NCBI GenBank assembly: GCA_001314655.1
Contig: LJSF01000014.1
Location: 1-64,000, forward strand
Source of the DNA: Rhodobacteraceae bacterium HLUCCA08
GTDB taxonomy: Bacteria > Pseudomonadota > Alphaproteobacteria > Rhodobacterales > Rhodobacteraceae
Direction of reading: 5' to 3'
Length of the DNA: 64,000 nucleotides
Every line of letters begins with the position of its first letter. Position 1 is the first letter of the stretch. Positions 10,557 to 18,398 of the stretch are shown here, in pieces. The notes under the pieces are model-generated. The model was not told the origin of the DNA, made no database searches, and was given only the letters and a program-made list of their open reading frames with translations. The position numbers and the translations under genes were made by a program.

Positions 10557-11720
10557 ATGATGGGACATTGGCTCAGACGGATCGGGCTGGCGCTGACGGT
10601 GCTGGTCCTGCTGGCGGCGGCGCTGGCGCTGTGGCAACGCGAGCGGCTGATCCGGCTGATGGCCGTCAACACGCTGTTCTCGGCCGACAGGATCGTCTCC
10701 AATTTCAGCCATATGGACGAATTGTTTCTGACCGCGCCCCTGCCCCGCGGCGACGGCGCGGTCAGCCCCCTGCCCGCCGGCCCGGCCCTGGACCTGCCGC
10801 CCGAGGTCGACACCTGGATCGACCGGCGCGCGATCACCGCCCTGGTGATCCTCAAGGACGGCGCGCTGGTCCATGAAAGCTATCACCTGGGCACCGGCCC
10901 CGATGACTTGCGGATCAGCTGGTCGATGGCCAAGTCCTTTCTGTCGGCGCTGACCGGCACGCTGGTGGCCGAGGGTGCGGTGGACCTGTCGCACCCTGTC
11001 ACCCACTATTTCCCGGCGCTGGCCGGTTCGGCCTATGACGGCGCCACGGTCGAGGATGTCCTGCAGATGGAAAGCGGGTTGGCCTTCGACGAAGATTACC
11101 TGGATTTCTGGAGCGATATCAACCGTATGGGTCGTGTCCTCGCCCTTGGTCGGTCGATGGACGATTTCGCCGCCGGGCAGGATCAGCGTCGCGTCGAACC
11201 GGGCACCGACTGGGAATATGTCTCGATCGACACCCATGTGCTCGGCATGGTCCTGCGCGGCGCCACCGGCGACAGCGCGACCGCGCTGATGGCCGAGCGG
11301 ATCATCGCGCCGCTGGGCCTGGAACGGACGCCCCATTACGTCACCGACGGCTCTGGTACCGCCTTTGTCCTCGGCGGGCTGAACCTGACCGCGCGGGATT
11401 ATGCCCGTTTCGGCCAGATGATCGCCCAGGGCGGCCACTGGCAAGGGCGCCAGGTCGTGCCTGCCGACTGGATCGAGGCCTCGACCACCGCCAGCGCCCT
11501 GACCGGTCCGGACGAGCTGGGCTATGGCTATCAATGGTGGATCCCCCGGGACGCCCGGCCGGGCGAGGTTTTCGGCCGCGGCATCTACGGCCAATATCTG
11601 TGGATCGACCGGGCCCGGAACGTGGTGATCGTCGTCACCGCCGCCGATCGGGCGTTCCGGGATCCGGGCGTGAACGCGGCCAATATCGACATGTTGCGGC
11701 GCATCGCCGCCGGGCTTTGA
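10557..11720 (+). CDS. Serine hydrolase (beta-lactamase/esterase, class C-like fold) with N-terminal signal/TM
   Basis: The S-x-x-K motif (SWSMAKSF) and a Y-x-N-like/YGYQWW region fit this fold. The start is at ATG ATG 10557. Confidence 0.7.
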   Translation: MMGHWLRRIGLALTVLVLLAAALALWQRERLIRLMAVNTLFSADRIVSNFSHMDELFLTAPLPRGDGAVSPLPAGPALDLPPEVDTWIDRRAITALVILKDGALVHESYHLGTGPDDLRISWSMAKSFLSALTGTLVAEGAVDLSHPVTHYFPALAGSAYDGATVEDVLQMESGLAFDEDYLDFWSDINRMGRVLALGRSMDDFAAGQDQRRVEPGTDWEYVSIDTHVLGMVLRGATGDSATALMAERIIAPLGLERTPHYVTDGSGTAFVLGGLNLTARDYARFGQMIAQGGHWQGRQVVPADWIEASTTASALTGPDELGYGYQWWIPRDARPGEVFGRGIYGQYLWIDRARNVVIVVTAADRAFRDPGVNAANIDMLRRIAAGL

Positions 11721-11763
11721 CCGCGCCGCGCCCGGCCCTAGCTGTCAGCAAAAGGAGACCGAC

Positions 11764-12144
11764 ATGGAAAAGGCCCCGTCGCGCAATGTCCTGGGTCAGC
11801 CGCTGGCGCCCTGTTCGCTGGACCCGCTCACCGGGTTCTTCCGCAACGGTGCCTGCGACACCTGCGCCGAAGATCGCGGATCGCACACCGTCTGCGCGGT
11901 GATGAGTGCCGAATTCCTGGCCTTTTCGAAATATGTCGGCAATGACCTGAGCACCCCGCGGCCCGAATTCGGCTTTGCCGGGCTGAAACCGGGCGATCGC
12001 TGGTGCCTGTGCGCCAGCCGTTTTCTGCAGGCCCATGATGATGGCTGCGCCCCGCGCATCGCCCTGGCCGCGACCCATGAACGGGCGCTGGACATCGTCC
12101 CGCTGGAGGTTCTGCGCATCTATGCCGAAGACACCTCGGGCTGA
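11764..12144 (+). CDS. DUF2237-family small Cys-rich protein
   Basis: 126 aa with conserved Cys pairs (CSLDPLTGFFRNGACDTC..., WCLCASRF). Confidence 0.55.
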   Translation: MEKAPSRNVLGQPLAPCSLDPLTGFFRNGACDTCAEDRGSHTVCAVMSAEFLAFSKYVGNDLSTPRPEFGFAGLKPGDRWCLCASRFLQAHDDGCAPRIALAATHERALDIVPLEVLRIYAEDTSG

Positions 12145-12644
12145 TCGGTGCGCCCGCGCGCGCTGACCGCACCGTCCATCAGGTCCTCGATGAAGACCGA
12201 CAGCAATTGCGGCCGGCCGCTGACCCCGGCCTTGCGGTAGATCGCATTGGTCTGTGCCTTGACCGTGCCTTCCGACGTGTCCCGCAGGCCGGCGATTTCC
12301 GCCGTCGTCATGCCCTTGATGGCGAACAGCGCCACGTCGCGTTCGGCCGGGGTCAGGCCCCATTCGGCGAAGCGTTCCTCCATGATCTCCAGGAAGGCGC
12401 CCGAGGCGGCGCGCAGCTGGCTTTCGACATGCGCCGTATGCCGGGTCATGCTGCGGAACAGGACGATGCTGACGGCCACGCCCAGGACCAGCCCTAGCGC
12501 GGCGCCGATCTCGATCACCTCGTGGAACTGCCAGTTGATCGGCGCCAGACCGAACACGCTGACCAGCAGGTTCCACAGGAAAAAACCCGCGCAGGTCACC
12601 TGCACGAGCACCAGGGCAACGAAGAGTCCGCGCCGCGATGTCAT
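12120..12644 (-). CDS. Membrane-anchored LuxR-family transcriptional regulator (two N-terminal TM helices plus a C-terminal LuxR HTH)
   Basis: The N-terminus has two hydrophobic helices. The C-terminal TPAERDVALFAIKGMTTAEIAGLRDTSEGTVKAQTNAIYRKAGV is a LuxR/GerE HTH. Confidence 0.75.
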   Translation of the reverse strand: MTSRRGLFVALVLVQVTCAGFFLWNLLVSVFGLAPINWQFHEVIEIGAALGLVLGVAVSIVLFRSMTRHTAHVESQLRAASGAFLEIMEERFAEWGLTPAERDVALFAIKGMTTAEIAGLRDTSEGTVKAQTNAIYRKAGVSGRPQLLSVFIEDLMDGAVSARGRTDQPEVSSA

Positions 12645-12656
12645 CCAGCCGGCGCG

Positions 12657-13172
12657 TCAATCGTCATCATCATCCTTGTCGTCCTCGTCATCATCCTCGT
12701 CGTCGGCGTCATCATCTTCGTCGTCTTCATCTTCATCGTCGTCGTCGTCGTCGTCATCGTCTTCATCGTCGTCGTCATCGTCGTCATCGTCTTCATCGTC
12801 GTCGTCATCGTCGTCTTCGTCGTCGTCTTCATCGTCGTCGTCGTCTTCATCGTCATCATCCGCACCCGCGTCATCCGCGTCCCCGGGGTCGACCAGGCGC
12901 GGGGTGGGCCTGTCATCGTCGTCGCGGCGATTGCCGCCGATCTCGGTCCAGTAATCGCGCAGGATCACGCCGGTTTCTGGCACCACGACGATCTCGCGAC
13001 GCAGTTCATCCGACCAGGCGACAAAACGGATCCGCCCCAGAAGCGTGCGGCTGACCTCGACGCGGGTGAACCCCTGGTCGTTCAATTGCCGAACGATCTG
13101 CTGCTCAAGGGTCTGGGCCGCGGCCGCCATCGGCGCGAACGCCAGGGACGCGGCCAGCAGAAGCGGTTTCAC
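12657..13172 (-). CDS. Secreted PepSY-like domain protein with a ~100-residue poly-Asp/Glu C-terminal tail (paralog 1)
   Basis: I take the start as GTG (13170-13172), giving (M)KPLLLAASLAFAPMAAAAQT, a signal peptide. The PepSY-like core is QGFTRVEVSRTLLGRIRFVAWSDELRREIVVVPETGVIL. The tail from about residue 125 to the C-terminus is almost exclusively D/E. The ATG at 13331 in the ORF track would overlap the upstream gene by 85 bp and lacks a signal peptide. The start is uncertain. Confidence 0.6.
   Translation of the reverse strand: MKPLLLAASLAFAPMAAAAQTLEQQIVRQLNDQGFTRVEVSRTLLGRIRFVAWSDELRREIVVVPETGVILRDYWTEIGGNRRDDDDRPTPRLVDPGDADDAGADDDDEDDDDDEDDDEDDDDDDDEDDDDDDDDDEDDDDDDDDDEDEDDEDDDADDEDDDEDDKDDDDD
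12660..12890. repeat. GTC/ATC/TTC trinucleotide microsatellite-like tract encoding the poly-D/E tail
   Basis: Long runs such as gtcgtcgtcatcgtcttcatcgtcgtcgtc, with internal 9-18 bp tandem duplications, are seen directly. Confidence 0.8.
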
Positions 13173-13246
13173 GATCGCGGGTTTCAAGCCTTGTCTCTTC
13201 CTTGTTCGGGCCGCGGGCGCGGGCCGCCGCGGCCCGCATTCCGGGT

Positions 13247-13873
13247 CTATTTGCGCGCCTTCGCCGGTTTGAAGGTCGCGTTGAAGGCGATCGAGACCCG
13301 TTCCTCCTCGGCCTCGTTGGGATAGACCCAATGCACCAGATAGGATGGGAACAGGATGAGGTCACCGGGCTGTGGACGCAACTTCTTCTTCATCCGGAAC
13401 GGCGGGGCCTTGAGGATGCGCCAGTTCGGCAGGTCGCTGCGCGGGTCGACGAATTCGATCATCCCCGAATTGCCCGGCGCGACCGCGGGCTGGGCGACGT
13501 AATAGACACCCGACCAATGCGCCCCGGGATGGGTATGGGGCGCGTTGAAGCCCCCCTTGGGGTTGGCGTTCATCCAGGCGAAAAGCTTGAGGTCCAGCGC
13601 CGCGCGCGGGGTGGTCGCGCCGATCCGGTCATTGGCCGCGAACACGGCCTCGGTCGCCAGGTCGCGCAGGCGGCGCAGGCAGGCGGGCTTGCCGTCGAAA
13701 AGGTTCCCCTCGGAATGCCAGCCGCCGCGGTTCGACTTGTGCGTGCCATCGGACAGGGCGCGCATCCGGGCGCCCTCCTCCAGAAGGGCGGCATTCAGCG
13801 CCGCATGATCCGGCGCCCGGAACCGCAGCACGGGGGTCGAGAACAGTTTTTCGTATCTGGTGGCTTCAAGCAT
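13247..13873 (-). CDS. Putative 2OG-Fe(II) oxygenase (TIGR02466-like family)
   Basis: About 208 aa. It has a HxD...H-type facial triad context (HTHPGAHWSGVYYV ... LFPSYLVHWVYPN) and an N-terminal ...LFSTPVL... The start is at ATG 13871-13873. Confidence 0.6.
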   Translation of the reverse strand: MLEATRYEKLFSTPVLRFRAPDHAALNAALLEEGARMRALSDGTHKSNRGGWHSEGNLFDGKPACLRRLRDLATEAVFAANDRIGATTPRAALDLKLFAWMNANPKGGFNAPHTHPGAHWSGVYYVAQPAVAPGNSGMIEFVDPRSDLPNWRILKAPPFRMKKKLRPQPGDLILFPSYLVHWVYPNEAEEERVSIAFNATFKPAKARK

Positions 13874-13989
13874 CCGCGCCTCACATCTGGCCGATCCGGG
13901 TGTCATCGGGAAACGCCCCCGGTCCCGTTCGTGACGGAAACCGGGGGCGCGGTCATGCCTGCATGGCAGGCAGGGGTCGATGGTTCGGG

Positions 13990-14511
13990 TCAGTCGTCGT
14001 CTTCCTCGTCATCATCTTCCTCGTCATCATCTTCCCCGTCATCATCTTCCTCGTCGTCGTCTTCGTCGTCGTCGTCTTCCTCGTCGTCTTCGTCGTCTTC
14101 GTCGTCTTCGTCGTCGTCGTCTTCCTCGTCATCGCGCGCGTCATCATCGCGCTCTTCGTCGTCTTCCTCGTCGTCTTCCTCGTCGTCTTCCTCGTCGTCG
14201 CTCTCGTCACCGTCGACAAAATCCTCGTCATCGGTATCGAATTCGACCCCGGGGCGGGTGTCGTCACCGGCGCGCACACGCTCGATTTCCTGGCTGAGGA
14301 TCGCGCCGGTGGCGGCATCGTAGATCACTTCGACCTTGGTATTGCCGCGGGTCGCCTCGACCTTGATCTGGGACGGGCCGGTATCGATCTCGACGCGGGT
14401 ATAGCCTTCGTCGAGATACCCCTGCGCGAGGCGTTCGGCCAGGCTCTGGGCCAGGGCCGGGCTGGCGCCGAGGGCGAGGATGGCGGTGGTGGTCATCAGG
14501 GTGTTGCGCAT
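13990..14511 (-). CDS. Secreted PepSY domain protein with a ~100-residue poly-Asp/Glu C-terminal tail (paralog 2)
   Basis: The start at ATG 14509-14511 has an AAAGGA RBS. It has the signal peptide MRNTLMTTTAILALGASPALAQS and the PepSY core EGYTRVEIDTGPSQIKVEATRGNTKVEVIYDAATGAILSQE. The tail is ~110 residues of D/E. Confidence 0.75.
   Translation of the reverse strand: MRNTLMTTTAILALGASPALAQSLAERLAQGYLDEGYTRVEIDTGPSQIKVEATRGNTKVEVIYDAATGAILSQEIERVRAGDDTRPGVEFDTDDEDFVDGDESDDEEDDEEDDEEDDEERDDDARDDEEDDDDEDDEDDEDDEEDDDDEDDDEEDDDGEDDDEEDDDEEDDD
13993..14250. repeat. Tandem 12- and 15-bp repeats (gtcatcatcttcctc x3; ctcgtcgtcttc x3) within a GTC/TTC-rich tract encoding the poly-D/E tail
   Basis: Direct tandem units are seen at 14020-14065 and about 14160-14200. 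Confidence 0.8.
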
Positions 14512-14732
14512 TGGGTCGTCCTTTCGGTCAGGAATGTCTCTTGTGTGAGCGTGGTCGAGGCAGCACCCCTCGGGTCCCTGCCTTGCCACCACCAGACCCG
14601 GTTCGACCTGCGCATCCCATTGACCCACGGGTAGAAACGGCGCGCCCTAAACCCCGCGACTAAGGCCATAAACTTCGGTTTAGGACCGATGCGGGGCTTT
14701 CGCGCCGATCGGTTTCGGCTCATGATCGGCCC

Positions 14733-15323
14733 ATGTCGATCAGGATCGCATTGTTGGTTCTGCTGCTTCTGCCGGGGCTTGCCGCGGCACAGCAGATCCG
14801 ACCGGCCGACCGGGAGCGGCTGACCGAAACCGATGCCCTGCTGGGCCGGGCGCTGAAACAGGCGCTGGCCTATGGGGCCGCCGCCGACATCGCCTTGCTG
14901 ACCCGGGCGATGCAAGGTGCGCCGGGCGATTTCGACCCCGCGGGTGACTGGAATTGCCGCACGCTCAAGCTGGGCGGGATCCTGCCGCTGGTCGCCTATC
15001 CGGATTTCTCGTGCCGGATCGAGCCGCTCGAAACCGGCGGCTGGCGGCTGGTCAAGCTGACCGGGTCGCAGCGGGTCGTCGGCACGATCCACGCCACCGG
15101 CCCGTCGGCCCTGTTCCTGGGCGTCGGCCATGTCGGCACCGCCCCGGCGACCGATTACGCCGGCCTGCCACCGGACGACCAGACCCCGGTCGAGCCGAAT
15201 CAGACCACGGCCGATGTCGGCTGGTTCGAACAGATGGGCCCGGACCGCGCCCGCCTGTTGCTACCCGATCCGGTGCTGGAGAGCGATTTCGACATCCTCT
15301 ACCTGACCCGTCAGGCAGGATAG
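14733..15323 (+). CDS. Secreted hypothetical protein (DUF4893-like)
   Basis: The signal peptide is MSIRIALLVLLLLPGLAAAQ and there are two Cys residues. The family assignment is from memory and uncertain. Confidence 0.5.
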   Translation: MSIRIALLVLLLLPGLAAAQQIRPADRERLTETDALLGRALKQALAYGAAADIALLTRAMQGAPGDFDPAGDWNCRTLKLGGILPLVAYPDFSCRIEPLETGGWRLVKLTGSQRVVGTIHATGPSALFLGVGHVGTAPATDYAGLPPDDQTPVEPNQTTADVGWFEQMGPDRARLLLPDPVLESDFDILYLTRQAG

Positions 15324-15437
15324 GGTATTCCCGACTTACCGCCCGGCGCCCTCCCCCCTAGTGTCAACGAATTGAAACCGCCTTGGCGCGGAACGGTTTT
15401 TTGGGGCGGCGCGACCGCCTGACAGGGGAAAAGACGA

Positions 15438-18362
15438 ATGGCACTGATCCAAGGCGGCACCGGCAATGACAGCCTTGAAGGCACCAATGGCGCGGATCTC
15501 ATTTATGGTTATGGCGGCAATGACGACCTCTTTGGCAGCCCGGGCGGCGACCTCATGGATGGCGGCGCAGGCGATCTGGACACCGCCGACTATTCCGGCA
15601 GTCTGAACGGCGTCACCGTCAACCTCGACACCGGCGTGGGCGATGGCGGCCTGGCCACCGGGGACACGCTCGTGGGGATCGAGATCGTCATCGGCTCGGA
15701 TGCCGGCGACACCCTGATCGGCGACGACAAGGACAACAACCTGTGGGGTCGCGACGGCGACGACACGCTGATCGGCGGGCTCGGCGACGACAACCTGCAG
15801 GGCGAAGGCGGCTTCGACACCGTCGATTACTCCGACAGCGATGCCGCCGTCGAAATCTTCCATATCGACGCGGGCGGCGGCGGTCCCTCGGGCGGCCATG
15901 CCGAGGGCGATTTCCTCAAGGGCATCGAAAAGATCATCGGCTCCGATTTCGACGACACGATCTATGCGCCCTTCTCCGTCACCTGGTCCGAGGCCCATGG
16001 CGGCGATGGCAATGACGCCCTGCACGGGGTCACGCAGGATGTCTCGCTCTATGGCGGCAGCGGCGACGATTACCTGCGCGTCGCTTTCCCAGATGACAGC
16101 TATGTCTATGGCGGCCTCGACCGCGACGAAGTCGATTTCGACGGCGTCTTCGGCGTCACCGCCAATCTGGGCACCGGCATGGTCAACGGCAACGAGCGGC
16201 TGTTCCTGATCGAGGACGCGACCGGAACAGGCAGCACCGACATCCTGATCGGCACCAGCCTGGCCAATACGCTGGACGGCAGCGGCGGCGACGACACGCT
16301 CGAAGGGATGGGCGGCGCCGACCACCTGATCGGCGGCGCCGGTATCGACACCGCGCGCTATACCAGCTCGACCGGGGGCGTGATCGTCGACCTGGAGACC
16401 GGGACCGGCGACGATTTCCATGCCAACGGCGATATCCTGGAAGAGATCGAGAACATCCGCGGCTCCAACCATGGCGACACGCTTCTGGGCGACGCCAACG
16501 ACAACACCTTCTGGGGCCAGAACGGCGACGACACCTTTGACGGGCGCACCGGCGACGACACCTATTTCGGCGGCGCCGGCAACGACCTGGTCAGCTTCGC
16601 CAGCAGCGCCACGGGCCGCAGCGCGTCCCTGGCGACCGATACCGGCGGCACTTTCGACAGCATCGAATCCCTGCAGGGCTCGGACCGGAACGACACGCTG
16701 ACCGGCAATTCAATGGCCAACACGATCACCGGCGGCCTGGGCGACGACACGCTTGCCGGGCTGCAGGGCGCCGACCGGCTGGGCGGCGGCGGCGGCAGCG
16801 ACACCGCCGATTACCGCGCCTCGACCGCCAGCGTCAGCATCGACCTGGTGAACGGCACCGGCACCGGTGGCCATGCCGAAGGCGATGAGCTGCAAAGGAT
16901 CGAGAACGTCCAGGGCTCGGATTATTTCGACGTCCTGATCGGCGACGCCGAGGTCAACCGCCTCTACGGCAATGGCGACAACGACCTGCTGATCGGCGGC
17001 GCAGGGGCCGATTTCCTTTATGGCGGCGACGGGGACGACACGGCGATCTATACCGAGTCAGGTTCCGGCGTGACCGTCGACCTGCAGACCATCGGTGCCA
17101 ATCCCTATATCGGCGCCGGCACCGGCGGCGATGCCGAGGGCGACGTGCTGGACGGGATCGAGAATGTCGACGGCTCCAGGCACGACGATGTCCTGACCGG
17201 CTCCAACGCCGACAACACCCTGTTCGGCGACGATGGCGATGACACTTTCTTTGTCACCGGCGGCCAGGATGTGCTGGGCGGCGGCGACGGCGAGGATACG
17301 GTCGACTTCCAGGTTGCCCCGACCGCGGTCGGCACCACGGTCGATCTCGAGGTCGGCTATTACACGCTGGGGGCCATCGGCCCCAGCCTCGTGAACGATA
17401 TCGAAAACGTCGTCGGCACCGATCATGACGACACGCTCCTGGGCAACGCCTTCGACAACACGCTCGAAGGCGGCGCCGGGGATGACACGATCAGCGGCGG
17501 GCTGGGGCTTGATGTCGCCTCCTATGCCGGCGCCACGGGCGGCGTGTCGGTCTACCTGATGTGGACCGGGCTCGACGTGGGCGGCGGCGCGGGCATCGAC
17601 ACCCTGTCGGGGATCGAGAACCTTCTGGGTTCCGACCACGACGACCGCCTGGCCGGCGATACCGGCGACAACACCCTGCGCGGCCGCGACGGCGACGACA
17701 TCCTCAACGGCAAGGGTGGCAACGACGTGATCCGCGGCGGCGGCGGCCATGACAAGATCACCGCAGCCGACGGCAATGACAGCCTTTATGGCGGCACCGG
17801 CGACGACACGATCTTCGGCCTCGGCGGCGATGACCTGATCGACGGCGGCGCCGACAATGACTGGCTTTACGGCGGCCGTGACGCCGACCTGATCCTGGGC
17901 GGCGACGGCGATGACCAGATCCGCGGCAATATCGGCCATGACGACCTGCAGGGCGGCCTCGGCGACGACGATCTGCGCGGCGGCGCCGGCGACGATACGC
18001 TGTCGGGCGGCGCCGATGACGATTTCCTGGTCGGCGAGAACGGCGAGGACACGCTGGAAGGCGGCTCTGGCGACGACGTGATGATCGGCGGTTTCGATTC
18101 CGTGACCCCGGACGGGCTGCGCGACGTCTTCGTCTACAAGATGCACGGCGGCAACAGCGGCTATGACCGCATCCGCGGCTGGGAGGACGGCATCGACCAG
18201 ATCGACCTGACCGATTTCCAGTTCAATTCCTTCACCATCGACGTGTTCAACCGTGCAACCGACATCGCATCCGGTCTGCGGATCGATTTCGGGCTCGGCA
18301 ACGTGCTGCTGATCGAAGATTTCACCAAGGCCGATTTCGACGCGGGGGACGTGATGATCTGA
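15438..18362 (+). CDS. RTX-family calcium-binding repeat protein (hemolysin-type GGxGxDx[LI]x nonapeptide repeats) with a T1SS-type C-terminal domain
   Basis: 974 aa with dozens of GGxGxD repeats. The C-terminus (DVFVYKMHGGNSGYDRIRGWEDGIDQIDLTDF...LRIDFGLGNVLLIEDFTKADFDAGDVMI) matches the D.FvF...G.D.I.DF..G.D.IDL pattern of type I secretion C-terminal target domains. Confidence 0.85.
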   Translation: MALIQGGTGNDSLEGTNGADLIYGYGGNDDLFGSPGGDLMDGGAGDLDTADYSGSLNGVTVNLDTGVGDGGLATGDTLVGIEIVIGSDAGDTLIGDDKDNNLWGRDGDDTLIGGLGDDNLQGEGGFDTVDYSDSDAAVEIFHIDAGGGGPSGGHAEGDFLKGIEKIIGSDFDDTIYAPFSVTWSEAHGGDGNDALHGVTQDVSLYGGSGDDYLRVAFPDDSYVYGGLDRDEVDFDGVFGVTANLGTGMVNGNERLFLIEDATGTGSTDILIGTSLANTLDGSGGDDTLEGMGGADHLIGGAGIDTARYTSSTGGVIVDLETGTGDDFHANGDILEEIENIRGSNHGDTLLGDANDNTFWGQNGDDTFDGRTGDDTYFGGAGNDLVSFASSATGRSASLATDTGGTFDSIESLQGSDRNDTLTGNSMANTITGGLGDDTLAGLQGADRLGGGGGSDTADYRASTASVSIDLVNGTGTGGHAEGDELQRIENVQGSDYFDVLIGDAEVNRLYGNGDNDLLIGGAGADFLYGGDGDDTAIYTESGSGVTVDLQTIGANPYIGAGTGGDAEGDVLDGIENVDGSRHDDVLTGSNADNTLFGDDGDDTFFVTGGQDVLGGGDGEDTVDFQVAPTAVGTTVDLEVGYYTLGAIGPSLVNDIENVVGTDHDDTLLGNAFDNTLEGGAGDDTISGGLGLDVASYAGATGGVSVYLMWTGLDVGGGAGIDTLSGIENLLGSDHDDRLAGDTGDNTLRGRDGDDILNGKGGNDVIRGGGGHDKITAADGNDSLYGGTGDDTIFGLGGDDLIDGGADNDWLYGGRDADLILGGDGDDQIRGNIGHDDLQGGLGDDDLRGGAGDDTLSGGADDDFLVGENGEDTLEGGSGDDVMIGGFDSVTPDGLRDVFVYKMHGGNSGYDRIRGWEDGIDQIDLTDFQFNSFTIDVFNRATDIASGLRIDFGLGNVLLIEDFTKADFDAGDVMI

Positions 18363-18398
18363 CCCGCGACTCCACGCTCCTCACAACGGAGACTTTCA

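Noticed and set aside
12660-14250. Possible CRISPR array suggested by the regular short repeats
   Set aside because: The repeats are contiguous triplet or 12-15 bp coding microsatellites with no spacers. They lie in frame inside ORFs that encode poly-Asp/Glu. This is not a CRISPR array.
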